Notes under the pieces: generated by a model
What the model saw: only the letters and a program-made list of their open reading frames with translations
The model's database searches: none
Told to the model about the DNA's origin: nothing
Assembly: GCF_006345805.1 (NCBI RefSeq)
Contig: NC_043010.1
Location: 46,066,001 to 46,130,000 of the forward strand
Reading direction: 5' to 3'
Source: Octopus sinensis
Taxonomy: Eukaryota
Length of the DNA stretch: 64,000 nucleotides
Shown here: piece after piece, positions 25,986 to 38,404 of the stretch
Layout of the letters: each line of letters begins with the position of its first letter
Position numbering within the stretch: position 1 is the stretch's first letter
Made by a program: the position numbers and the translations under genes

Positions 25986-26049
25986 GGTGGTGGTGATGAT
26001 GATGATGATGATGATGATGGTGATGATGATGGTGGTGGTGGTGGTGATG

Positions 26050-26124
<75 letters not shown>

Positions 26125-26208
26125 TGGTGGTGGTGGTGGTGGTGATGATGATGATGGTGATGATGATGGTGATGATGATGATGATGATGATGATGGTGAT
26201 GATGATGG

Positions 26209-26240
<32 letters not shown>

Positions 26241-26335
26241 GTGGTGATGATGATGATGATGATAATGTGAAGGAAGAGGAGGGGGAGGAGGAAGTTGGCG
26301 ATGATGGTGATAGTAATAATAATAATAATACTAAC
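25825..26335. repeat. ~500-bp (GAT/GGT)n trinucleotide array
   Basis: Direct reading; explains the poly-His, poly-Ser and poly-Met ORFs. Confidence 0.95.
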
Positions 26336-26578
26336 AAGAGCACTCAGAGAGCACAAACCTCCGCCAAGGCAACACGAACGTCCTCTCATACATATGTATG
26401 TACATATATATATGCGCACACACACACACACGCACACACACACATGAATACATACATGTGCATGTATATACATATGCACACATACATACACACACATATA
26501 TGAATACATATACATGTGTATGTACATACACACATGCACATACTCTTACACATACTCATACACACATGTTTACATATA

Positions 26579-26743
26579 GGCGAAGGAGTGACTGTGTGGT
26601 AAGCAGCTTGCTTACGAACCACATGGTTCCAGGTTCAGTCCCACTGTGGGGCACCTTGGGCAAGTGTCTTCTACTATAGCCTCGGGCTGACCAAAGCCTT
26701 GTGAGTGAATTTGGTAGATGGAAACTGAAAGAAGCCCATTGTA

Positions 26744-26828
<85 letters not shown>

Positions 26829-27057
26829 TTGTGTATATGTTTGTGTGTCTGTGTTTGTGCCCCCAACATCGCTTGACAACCAATGCTGGTGTGTTTACAT
26901 CCCTGTAACTTAGTGGTTCAGCAAAAGAGACCTATAGAATAAATACTAGGCTTACAAAGAATAAGTCCTGTGGTTGATTTGTTCGACTAAAGGTGGTGCT
27001 CCAGCATGGCCATAGTCAAATGACTGAATCAAGTAAAAGAGTAAAGAAAGTAAAGAG
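26579..27057 (+). mobile_element. Full-length family A SINE
   Basis: GGCGAAGGAGTGACTGTGTGGTAAG head to GAGTAAAG tail; internal (TA)n(TG)n. Confidence 0.93.
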
Positions 27058-27087
27058 AATATACATGTGTATGTTTACTTGCAGATA

Positions 27088-27745
27088 TTAGTTCATCAGT
27101 TAGTTCATTAGTTAGTTAGTTCATTAGTTAGTTAGTTCTCTCGGTGTCATGAGGCATATAACCCTACAATACGATCTCCCCATCAGCTCTGTATTCTGCC
27201 ACTTTCCTAGTCTCACTCAAGCTTCTCCATCCTTCTAGTCTCCTTTCCTTATCAATGGTCCTTTGCCATGTGGTTTTAGGGTGCTCTGCTGCTCTTTCCC
27301 CCTCAGGTTACGACTGTAGTGCCACCATACTATCACTTTCTCAATCTTGTCTGAGGACTTGTCCCATCCTGTTCTAGCTTCTGTCTTATTTTATCACTGA
27401 TTCTGTTGATTGCCTGTTGTTACCTAAATTGTTAGTTTGTTAGTTATCTCCATGTCATGAGGTAAATAAGGCTGTAACATGGTCTCTCCAACCAGCTCTG
27501 TTTTCTGCCACTGTTCTGGTCTCATTCCAGCTTCTCCACTCTTCACATCTCTTTTCCTTATCAATGGTCCTTCACCATGTAGTTTTAGAGCACCCTGCTG
27601 CTCTTTTCTCCTCAAGCTACCACCTTAGTGCCACCATACAGTTGCTTTCTCAGCCTTGTCTGAGAACATGTCTAATCCAGTTCCAGAGTCTACATTTCAT
27701 TTCATCTTTGATCCTGTTGATGCCCATTGTCATCTCAATCATGTC
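27088..27745 (-). mobile_element. Two tandem, diverged RTE-like LINE 3' ends, each with a (TAAC)n-type tail
   Basis: Minus translation 'RLWNWIRHVLRQG*ESNCMVALRW...SKTTW*RTIDKE...AENRAGWRDHV'. Copies at ~27430-27745 and ~27088-27423. Confidence 0.75.
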
Positions 27746-27754
27746 ATTTTGGAC

Positions 27755-28036
27755 TCTTTTATTTGTTTCAGTCATGTGACTGTGGACATGCTGGAGTACC
27801 ACCTTTAGTCGAGCAAATTGACAAACACAGACACACAAACATATATACACACATACATATATATACATATATACGACGGGCTTCTTTCAGTTTCCGTCTA
27901 CCAAATCCACTCACAAGGCTTTGGTTGGCCTGAGGCTATAGTAAAAGACACTTGCCCAAGGTGCCACACAGAGGGACTGAACCCGGAACCATGTGGTTGG
28001 TAAGCAAGCTACTTACCACACAGCCACTCCTACACC
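27755..28036 (-). mobile_element. Family A SINE with internal deletion
   Basis: Head and tail present; the central ~110 bp are missing relative to 6944-7357. Confidence 0.88.
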
Positions 28037-28052
28037 TAAATAAAAACGTAAC

Positions 28053-28134
28053 CAACAAGGATGAAATTTGAACTCACACAGGGAGACCCCAATGGATTAG
28101 CAGTCCATCGACTTAACTACTCAGCCACCTCGTC
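28053..28134 (-). tRNA. tRNA-Ser(GCT), probably a pseudogene
   Basis: 82 nt: GACGAGGTGGCTGAGTAGTTAAGTCGATGGACTGCTAATCCATTGGGGTCTCCCTGTGTGAGTTCAAATTTCATCCTTGTTG. Anticodon stem ATGGA/TCCAT around CT-GCT-AA; long variable arm GGG/CCC; T-run terminator at 28042-28046. D-loop GG is mutated to AG and C61 to T. Confidence 0.85.
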
Positions 28135-28957
28135 TTCTTTGCAAACACACATATTTGTACAGAAATAATTTCAAAAGTATCATAAAATACACATTAATTA
28201 AAAGATATAGTTTAAAGAATACAAAACAGGAAAGATTACTAGTTAGGTTGACCTGGGCACTCCACGACCCTGTTCACTTAACCATTTTTCAAACTGTATT
28301 CAAATTCAGGGAGTGCTCTATATTACACATTTTTTTTGAGGTACTTCAGGTGTGCATACAAGTGTATTCCTAGATGTTTTGTGACTCTTCTTATGACTTA
28401 TACATATGAGTCAAAGTGGTCAATAAAGAAAGGATTATTATTACAATTATTGTTGTTGTAACTGTTATTGTTATGTTTTGAGGTAGTCAAATGTGTTTTC
28501 ATTTTGCTCTTCCACGTCACAAATTTTTACCCAGTGAAACTACATAAAAGAACATTTGTCATGCAGGACTTTTAAATACAAAGGTAGGAGTTTAATTCTT
28601 TTACATTTGTGTTTCCTTGTGAGAAAAAAAAACACTTTAATTTGTAAAGGAAAGCATTTTCTATTCTGTTAGTTGTACACAAACAAAATAGCTATAACAT
28701 TTAAAAAAAAACATCCTTTTTCCCTCAGAAACATTATAATGTAAACAAACTTACTTTTACAGATAGTGCAGATAAAAATAAAGGAAAAACAGAAAACAAA
28801 TTCAATCCTTCAATTGAATACATTAATTTTGCAGCAAGAAGTAAATAATGTTTTTCTGACAGATGGTAAAAAAATCTCTATTTTGAACAATTTAAGTTAA
28901 ATGCTTAATGATAAGAACAACAACAGCCACAACACACATTCACACACACACACACAC

Positions 28958-29014
<57 letters not shown>

Positions 29015-29679
29015 ATGGACTATATCAATTGAAGAAATAAAGAGAGTTCAAACTGGGTAGAGAGAAAATGTTTCCAGCTTTCATTCTTTTGCAGATAGAT
29101 CGTCAAACAGGTAGGTCCTGGATATAAAATACTTAGCTGGGGAAAAAAACCTGCTTTGCAGAGCTGTATAACTAAGGAATGAACATCTATATCTCAGGTC
29201 TTTATCAAACAGTAAGAAAAGTAGAAATCAAAAAATATATATCAACAGTAAGGGTAAAACTCATCTCTGTGTGCAAGCTTTTCAAATTCAACCCAAAAGA
29301 ATAACACCAAGCAGCCCTCGTTTCACAGTTGCGTAGAATAACATCTTTTCCATCAGTCAAGATAGATGTCCTGAACCATATGAATAATATTCAAAATCGA
29401 AAAAAAAAAAGGAAAAAAGATGGCTGAGCTGATTCATTACATACCTACTCAAAAACTCACGCTTTAATACTTAAGGCAGAGTAATACAAAGGTTACTGTA
29501 AAGGATTTTCAATCATTGATTTGTTATTATTCTTGCAGTGTAGTTCAGGAAGTGGAAGGTGATGAAATAATCGAATACTTTTTAAGTTGTGTTAACAACA
29601 AACAAGATGAGGACAAATATCCATCAAATGTAAATAATGTAAATAATGTACATAATTCCTCAACTCTCAAATATAGAAC

Positions 29680-29950
29680 TGGATGCACATATTGTCAGCT
29701 ACTAAAGGACATGCTCAAATGGTTACGGTTAAGCAACAGACAGGTAAATTGAGCAGAATATTTGCTATAACGATACTTCTGCTTTAGCAACTCAGCACTG
29801 AATCTGTCTGAAATGTAATGAAAAATAGGTCAGTTTCAAAACATTGATGTCCAGGACACAAAAGCAAAGTTTGAAGGGAATAGTAGTCATTTCCTTTGAT
29901 TTCTAGATAGAAGCAAATAGGAAATAACACTTACTGACCAATGACAAAAA
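29680..29950 (+). repeat. Dispersed repeat also present at 44238-44520 (probable DNA-transposon fragment)
   Basis: Shared blocks such as CTGCTTTAGCAACTCAGCACTGAATCTGTCTGAAATGTAATG and AATAGTAGTCATTTCCTTTGATTTCTAGATAGAAGCAAATAG. Confidence 0.8.
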
Positions 29951-30041
29951 AAAAATTATAATTTTATTATACAGTATTACCTATACAGTATACAAACCAG
30001 ATTTTATTGGATATATTTTACTATGGCCAATACATGTGTAC

Positions 30042-30459
30042 CTATTTCTTTACTGCCCACAAGGGGCTAAACACAGAGAGGACAAACAAGGACAGACAAA
30101 CAGATTAAGTCGATTATATTGACCCCAGTGCGTAACTGGTACTTATTTAATCGACTCCAAAAGGATGAAAGGCAAAGTCAACCTCAGCGGAATTTAAACT
30201 CAGAACGTAGCGGCAGATGAAATACCTATTTCTTTACTACCCACAAGGGGCTAAACACAGAGAAGACAAACAAGGACAGACAAACGGATTAAATCGATTA
30301 TATTGACCTCAGTGTGTAACTGGTACTTATTTAATCGACCCCGAAAGGATGAAAGGCAAAGTCGACCTCGGCGGAATTTGAACTCACAACGTAACAGCAA
30401 ACGAAATACCACTAAGTATTTCGCCCAGCGTGCTAACGATTCTGCCAGCTCGCCACCTT
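30042..30459 (-). mobile_element. Family B SINE (long tail type) with tandem head-less second unit, one TSD
   Basis: Full unit 30226-30459 plus repeat unit 30042-30225. TSD AATACATGT(G/A)TAC at 30029-30041 and 30460-30472. Confidence 0.92.
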
Positions 30460-31087
30460 AATACATGTATACTTACCAATAAAATAACTGGTATTGCTAT
30501 CATAGTAAAAGCAATCACATGACCTGAATATTCTCACCTAGAAACCTTTTAAGAATTTCTTTGAAATTCTCTCTACTCTTTTTGAACACCTGATAATGTG
30601 GATGAGTTCTACACCCATCAAACCAAGCATTGTGGAACTGAGCCAAACTGTTATTTAAAATGTGTGTGATTGACTGACTGACAGATGTGTGTGTATGCAT
30701 ATACACATGGATATATGTGAGTGCTCAAAATAATCCAACTACCTTAAAATCATAGAGCTTCTTTAAAATTAAATCAATGAAAGAAACTGGTATGTAATGA
30801 GATTATAGACCATTCTAGCAAAACAATATCATTCTAATGATAAATTAGATTTCTATTCAACTTTTTTTCTCTGGTTCTATCCCTTGGACAGCTTTACAAG
30901 TTTATAAGAAGGAAGTTATCTAAAAATTTCTTCGTATTTTCTTTCAACTGTCATAATCTACATTTTATAAACCTTATTAGTTTTCCTCTTAAAACTTTAC
31001 AGTGTAAAGTTATTTTTATATGTTTTTTATTATTTAGAAAACAAGCTTGTAGAATTTAATTAATTCTTCTTTATTTAAATTAAAGTG

Positions 31088-31910
31088 ATCATCATCATCA
31101 TCATCATCATCACCATCATCATCATTTCGTTATAATGTCCACTTTTTCATGCTTGTACAGGTTGGATAGAATTTTTTGAGGCAGATTTTCTATGGCTGGA
31201 TAACCTTCCTGTCACCAACCCTTACCAGTTTCCTCATGACCAGATGCATCTTGGAAGATTGGACACTGCTTGCATACCAGTAACACTCACAACTGGCACG
31301 TCATGTCAAAGAAAGGGAACAATGACATGCACACAAACATGCACACACACATGCACACACACACACACACACGCACGCATGCACGCACGCTCCAAAGCCT
31401 TGTGAGTGGATTTGGTAGACAGAAAGTAAAAGAAACCCATTGTGTATGTGTGTGTGTGTGTGTGTGCATGTTTGTGTGTGTGTGTGTGTGTGTCTGTGCT
31501 TGTCCTCCACCACCATCACTTGACTATTGGTATTGGTGTGTTTATGTCACTGTCTCTTAGCGATTTGGCAAAAGAGACCAACAGAATAAGTACCAGGTTT
31601 TTAAGAAATAAATAAAAGTACTGGGGTTGACTTCTTCAATTAAAAATTCTTCAAGGTGGTGCCACAGCATTGTCACAGTCTAATGGCTGAAACAAATAAA
31701 AGAATAAACACATACATACATGCATGCATAAATACATATACATAAACACACAACAGACTCTTTTCAGTTTCTGTCCACCAAATCCTCTCACAATGCTTTG
31801 GTCAGCCCAAGGCTAAAATAGAAGACAATTGCCCAAGGTGCCATGCAGTGGGACTAAACATGAAACCATATGCTTGGGGAGCATACTTCTTACCACACAG
31901 CCACACCAGT
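31088..31910. mobile_element. Cluster: family E tail (-, 31088-31330) and family A fragments (+, 31392-31710; -, 31755-31908)
   Basis: Similarity to the better-preserved copies in the window. Confidence 0.75.
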
Positions 31911-31988
31911 GCATGAAACCACAACAGTGCCTAAGGACATATTTTTTTATAGTAATGTTTGTTTTTATGTATAATTATATATAAAAAT

Positions 31989-32304
31989 GTGGAGGTGCAA
32001 TGGCCTGGTGGTTATGGCAGCGGACTCGCGGTTGGAGGAGCGCAGTTTCGATTCCCAGACCAAGCGTTGTGTGTGTTTATTGAGTGAAAACACATAATAG
32101 GTCCACGAGGCTCTGTCAGGAGGTGGTGGCGACCCCTGTTGTACTCTTTCACCCCAACTTTCTCTCACTCTTTCTTCCTGTTTCTTGGGTAATGCTGTGA
32201 TGGACTGGCATCCCGTCCAGCTAGGGGGAACACATACACCATAGAAACTGGGAAACCAGGCCCATGAGCCTGGCTAGGCTTGAAATGGGCACATAAATAA
32301 ATAA
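31989..32304 (+). mobile_element. Full-length family C SINE
   Basis: tRNA head GTGGAGGTGCAATGGCCTGGTGGTTATGG...GTTTCGATTCCC; (TAAA)n tail; AT-rich TSD ATATATAAAAAT at 31977-31988 and 32305-32316. Confidence 0.88.
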
Positions 32305-32958
32305 ATATATAAAAATAGTGAAACATTAAACTAAATGCTCACTCAATACTTTTCACTAGAGTAACATATTTTATTTTTACCAAGAAATATTTTGACAGTC
32401 GCCTCAAAGTTTTAGTTCATGTAACCTTCAACGGTCTGATGAAAACTACATAGCTGAAACTTTGAAGGAACTGTCAAAATTTTCCTGGTAATAATATCAT
32501 AAATACGTTAGGGCAGATATTGTATTGTCCCCTCTGTATTTGGCCCTGCATGGCTAAGCAAGAAAGAAAGAAAGAAAGGAATCCATATGTCGCGGTGAGA
32601 GTCATTGACACTCCTGGGGATTGGAAGAATGGACTAGCTGAAACCTTATAAAGAGAAGAGGTCGGTAGTAGTCGAGGGAGAGCATTTTGGTAGTTTTTTT
32701 AAATATATTTTATAAACACATTGATTAAACCTCCTCTGCATAATTTATCTACACCAACCTGTCGCAGGATATAATAGTATCTATCTACCAATCTATCTAA
32801 TAAATATATATACTCACCCACACACACACCCCACTTTACCTTGATCTCTTTGATAATAGGTTACTTGGATTATGTGCATTTGTTATGCATTAACATGATC
32901 CACTTGTTTAGGTATTCCAGAACAAGCTGTTATAGACTCTGCTTATCTACCATAACTA

Positions 32959-33938
32959 TTAGGTTGTCTCACATGAAACGTCGTATTTTAAATGGGTTTC
33001 TTATGAGTCATCTATAAATGGATTTTTAATGAGTTTCTACATATATGTTTAACTCTTAACTCTTAACTCTTTTTCTTTCTAGACAATACTATTATTCAAA
33101 ATTGCTGCCCACAGCTCTTAAGACAATGTTGACAACTGAACAATACTGAGTGATTTTCGTGTATGAAAACAAGTTAGGTCACTCTGCCACTGAAGCTCTA
33201 TGGAGCATCAAGTGGACTTTTGGTAATGATTCTGTTGATATTAGAATTGTTCAGAGATGGTTCCAAAGGTCTTGTTCAGGAAATGAAAACCTAAAAATTG
33301 AACCAAGAAGGAGACCAAAATCAGTTATTTGGCAGGATGAATTGAATGCTTTGGTTAAACAAAATCCTAGAACAATGGTCTGATAAATCGGATCAGAGTT
33401 CCAGACATCACCCACAACTGCTTCTCGACACTTGAAGAAAATTGGAAAAGTCAAAAAGATGGATAGGTTTGTTCCCTATCAACTTAATGAGATTCAACGA
33501 AACAGACACCTTACAGTGTGTTCCATATTGATTTCTCAGTTGGAAAGAGAACTATTTTTGCATCGACTCATTACATGTGATGAGAAATGGATACTCTTTG
33601 ATAAGAGCAGGAGGACAGGACAGTGGTTAGATGCAGGAGAGTCACCAAAACACTACCCAAAACCACCAATGCACACTAAAAAGTTGATGGTCACTGTATG
33701 GGGGTCAACAAAGGGGGTTATTCATTATTCATTTTTGCAACAAGGATAAACTGTAACAGCAACATCCTCTTGTCAGGAAATTGATTGTATGCATGAAAAA
33801 TTAAAAAAGAAGCAATCCAGAAAAGAGATGGCCCAATTTTACTTCATGATAATGTATGACCTCACACTTCTCAAGCTATGGTCCACAATTGCAAAGCCTG
33901 AATTATGAAATTTTAGCACATCATCCTTATTCTCCTTA
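32959..33938 (+). mobile_element. Decayed mariner (Hsmar1/Mos1-like) transposon, 3'-truncated
   Basis: TA then TIR-like TTAGGTTGTCTCACATGAAA. ATG at 33126. HTH 'GHSATEALWSIKWTFGNDSVDIRIVQRWFQR'; 'FVPYQL'; 'LITCDEKWILFD'; 'KKLMVTVWG'; 'LLHDN'; 'HHPYSP'. In-frame stops present. Confidence 0.92.
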
Positions 33939-34057
33939 TTTTCATGTGACTAAAACTTTTGTCTTTGATAGGTTTACTTTAAGACCTTTTGATTTTAGGT
34001 TTTACTTCCCCATTTGAAACGTCTCCGCTAATTCTTTGAGAGATTCAACTACAAGAA

Positions 34058-34587
34058 CCTGAACATCAGCACACAGTTCTCATGGATAGCCTGCCTTAAA
34101 CTCATCTGTTATAGCCTGAAGAACTATACTATGCTAAAGAGGGTTGAGAACTGAGCACTGACAGACTTTAATCTGCACATTAAATTCATGGCTGAACATA
34201 TTTCTAATTCTTACCTTGATGGTGGCATCCCTGGTTCCATCCTGATGGCTTGATTAACTCTCTCAAACTATTCCTCTACACTTAGTTTTCTTAGTAACCA
34301 CCTGACTATGAAGAATGGCATGCTATCAAAGGCCTTCTGCAGATTAACAAATGCTAAATATAGTGTCTTGCTCTTTGCTAACAATTTTTTTTGTAGTTGT
34401 CTCACTAGGAAGAGGACATTTGGGTACACCAGGCTGTCACAAACCTGAACTGTATCTCATCTAATTTTCTCCCTAATCATTTTTGCTATCCTCTTTTTGT
34501 TAATTTCATAACTTTGGCCATCAATTTGATGTCTCTGTAATTTTTCGTTCTTAGACCATCTCCTCTGCACTTCTAGGCAGTTCATAA
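34058..34587 (-). mobile_element. RTE-clade LINE reverse transcriptase fragment (pseudogene)
   Basis: Minus translation 'LDEIQFRFV', 'FLVRQLQKKLLAKSKTLYLAFVNLQKAFDS', 'LLRKLSVEE', 'LQAITDEFKAGYP*ELCAD'. Confidence 0.82.
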
Positions 34588-34637
34588 TTAATAGCTAAGA
34601 CCACTATTCAAACACATTAATAAACTATTGCAATATA

Positions 34638-35055
34638 GGCACAGGAGTGGCTGTGGGGTAAGTAGCTTGTTTACCAACCTCATGGTTCCAGGTTCAGTCC
34701 CACTGCGTGGCACCTCGAGCAAGTGTCTTCTACTATAGCCTTGGGCTGACCACAGCCTTGTGAGTGGATTTGGTAGACGGAAACTGAAAGATGCCCGTCG
34801 TATGTATGTATATATATATATATATGTATGTGTGCGTGTATGTTTGTCTGTCTGTCTTTGTCCCCCTAGCATTGTTTGACAACTGATACTGGTGTGTTTA
34901 TGTCCCCGTCACTTAGCGGTTCGGCAAAAGAGACCGATAGAATAAGTACTGGGCTTACAAAGAATAAGTCCCGGAGTCGAGTTGCTCGACTAAAGGTGGT
35001 GCTCCAGCATGGCCGCAGTCAAATGACTGAAACAAATAAAAGAGTAAAGAGAGAG
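34638..35055 (+). mobile_element. Full-length family A SINE (young, CpG-rich)
   Basis: Head GGCACAGGAGTGGCTGTGGGGTAAG through the AAGAGTAAAGAG tail. Confidence 0.93.
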
Positions 35056-37301
35056 ATAACCTTTTCCTGGTTCTCTTTTAATTACCTTTTTAGTAAATCT
35101 TGTTATTCTTATGAGAAATTAAACTTGCATTGCAATTTCCACTTGCCAAGGTGTAAGCACAGTTCCAGTATGATTATTATATTCTTACCAATATGGTCAC
35201 TATATTCTTATATAGCAACATGAAATTTTCAGATTTTCAAAAATTATGATGTTTATAAGTTGTTTTTATTTCTCATTGAATTTTAGGATATATTTCATAT
35301 GCACTATTGCCACATATCATATCTGTTTGCCTGTGTGAATACGTTTGCGTGTGTGTGTGTGTGTGTGCGCAAGGGAGAGAAAGAGAGAGGCAGAGTGTGA
35401 GTCTTATAAAATGCCCTCAATCAAATAAATGACAGTTTATTACTGTGTACTTTACAGAGACGTTCCTTCTTGATAATGATTCATAGATTTCAAGACAGAA
35501 TTACTGACTTCTGAATGAATTACAAATTTAAGAAACCTCGATAATGTTGTAATAACAGAACTCATAGGGAATACCATAAAATTTCTCATGTTACTTATTA
35601 AACAGTAATGTTCCCATTCTCAGATTCATTAATAAAGTAAAGGAGTAACAAGAACTGAGTTATGAACTTAATTCATCAAATACTTACCACTATCTCCAAT
35701 GGTGCCCAACACTTTGACGTATAAAACAAACAAATGCTTGAAATTAGCTTTTTCAAGGAATACTTCCTCATTTCCTCCATTTTCCTTCAAAATTTTTGAA
35801 TCTGATATTTCACACCAGTATCGTTCCCAATTAATCATTCTTTATGCAGAAAAAGAAAGACCTTTAAAATTTGCATTCACATTAAATACATTAATGCAAA
35901 AATTCTGGTTTTAATTAAAAAAGAGAAGTATCAATTTTTTTCTCTGTTTATATGATATTCTCAATCTTTCTTCCTCTATTTTCACTGGAATTTCAAGTAG
36001 ACCTTGTGTAAATTAGAATTAATTTGTTTTTCTAATTGCTTTGACCCTTTTCTGTTAAAACTAAAAAGTTCAGCTCCTTTTTGCGTATCTTTTTTCTGTA
36101 ATTTTTTTATTGCATAATCCAGGAGTGATATATTTCCTTCCTGAGTCAAGAGTTAGATTCCCATCATATATTTTATCACTTGAACTTTACTCAGAACATT
36201 CTCACTAAATAAATAGTTAAATTCTCATATCATATCGTTTCTGATATCAGGAATTTTAATCATACAAAAATCCACTTATAACATTTACAAATTCCAAATT
36301 TAGAAAAACTTCTATTACTTTAGAAAAATTTCTTTGACATTGAGAAGAAAAAGAAGAAATAAGAAAAAAAGAGGATATTTCTATCAGGTTTCTATTTTAT
36401 TTTACATTATTAATACAGAACAAAATGAATGTTTTAATAAATTCCATCTTCAAAATTATTTTAAGCTAAATCATATCAACAACCTCTTAAATATAGAATC
36501 ACTGATTTTAGCACATTCAACAAAATTCTTACACTCTGGCAGATTACAGTTTGGATGAGATCTGCTGTGTTTATTTTCCCTTACAGACATTTTGTTCTGA
36601 TAATTCTTTCACAAACATTGAAACTTAAGTACTGGCTAACCCATTGAAATGAAATACACATACTTAACAAATGAGAGTGTCATCAAGTTCATTCTCAATA
36701 CTTTTCCGTTACATATCTTCTTATATATTCAGTTATTTATTTTTGTTCCTAGTTTACTTCAATATTATTGAAGAACTTATTACCAGTATGTTTAAATTAG
36801 TGACACTACTATATAAAAGAAGGAACAAAATCTCTCCCTTCTTACAAAATTTATTGCTTAATTATCAGGTGTAGTATTGATTCCATCATAAATCATATTC
36901 AAAAAGTTTTGTCTTTCAGTACATTTCCATTAAAATGTCATCGCAGAACAAACTAAATATTGTCAATAAAAAATATTTCAAATCACACTTGATAATAAAT
37001 GAGCCTATTTATTTTACTATTTTGAGAATTTTAGATGTTAAAAGATGAGTTACAAATACAATTCTATGATAAATTAAAAGTTGATAGGATACATTTCAGT
37101 ATCTAAAATTTTTCCATATGGAAGTCAGTTTTAATTAAAGGTTAGTAATGAATGTTACCATCTACTTGATAATTCTGTCATTTGTTAAATCTGAAACTTT
37201 GTAGAAACCCATTGAGGAATGATTCCAAATGATTGTCCTTAAAGAAATTAGTCGACACCATTCAAAATACCCTTCTATACATCAGAATTGTAGATATAAT
37301 A

Positions 37302-37877
37302 TTAATCCTTTAGCTTTTAAACTGGTCATATCCAGCCCAAATATTCTACCTGTTTTATGTACAAACTTTTCAGATCAGGTATCTCACACCTACCCAACAA
37401 TGTCATTCTAAAAATATGCAATGACTTTACTGAAATCTCAAAGCTACAAAATAATGTGAATAAAAACATTATTCTGACAGAGTAGTCTGAATGCTAAATA
37501 GATAAAACGTGGCTTTTCTTTCATTTCTTAGAGTGCAATGAAAGATATATAGTAAACCATTTGCCATATTTGATGGCAGAAAAGATGATAGGGCATATTA
37601 GACACACTCTAATTTCAGCAGTACAGATTCAGGAAAATAGTTTTTAATGCATTAACTTCTTAGTATTCAGATTATTTTGTCAAATGTAATGCTTATTCAT
37701 TCACATTTTCAATTAATCATGTATTATCTTGTAGCTTTGAGATTTCAGTGATGTGATTGTTTATGTCTTGTGTGACATTGTTGGGTAGATGTGAGAGGCC
37801 AGATCTGGTCAGTTTGGACATAAAACAGGTAGAAAATTTAGGGCCGGATCTGGTCGATTTAAATGCTTATGAGTTAA
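37302..37877. mobile_element. Two piggyBac-like MITEs, family P2, in inverted orientation (37302-37505 +, 37652-37877 -)
   Basis: TTAA-(C)CTTTAGC ends; shared AAACTGG..ATATCC.GCCC and CTCACACCTACC.AACAATGTCATTCT, also seen at 50417-50598 and 53462-53689. Confidence 0.75.
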
Positions 37878-38404
37878 AGCATGTAATGAAGGCCCAACTT
37901 TGCAAAAAGGACCTAGCTTTTTTCTTAAGGTACAATCACATGAAGTATAATAAAAACAAACTGACCTTTAGGTATTAGAAGCTACAAGTATCTCACTCCT
38001 TTTAGGTGTAATAATGTGAATGAAAATGTTTTTTGAAAGCCTTTGCTTCATACAGTATATAGAGGTAAAAATCAGTTTGCCACAGTTTATTTTTCTCCTA
38101 GCGTTTGAGCTGCTACAATGAGTAAATGACATGAAATTAATTAAACAGGAATCAAACATACCTTGAAGACTCCATTTACCCAATGCTGACTACCATTCAG
38201 TATGTTGCAATGTTTATGCATTACTAAATTTCAGAGAACATGCCAATGGATACTAAGTACAATAACGAGCCAATGAAGGAATTTCTGCATGATAGCTCAA
38301 TCAGTTAGAAATAACAGCCAAATTTCCTTTAAATCCCACCCAACTGTTACACTGGATAATGAAGTCCTAGATGCAGTAAAGTCTAATAAAAGATAGTATA
38401 AAAC

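Noticed and set aside
25765-26539. Poly-His/Ser/Met ORFs
   Set aside because: Products of the (GAT/GGT)n array.
32425-32468. CTGATGA...GAAAC with CCTTCAA/TTGAAGG pairing
   Set aside because: Lacks stem III and the cleavage triplet, and stem II is mismatched. Counted only as a degenerate candidate, not called as a feature.
35480-36560. Possible RT remnant on the minus strand (GIP/MSS-like motif near 35560)
   Set aside because: Requires a frameshift within the motif and has no second supporting motif; too weak to call.
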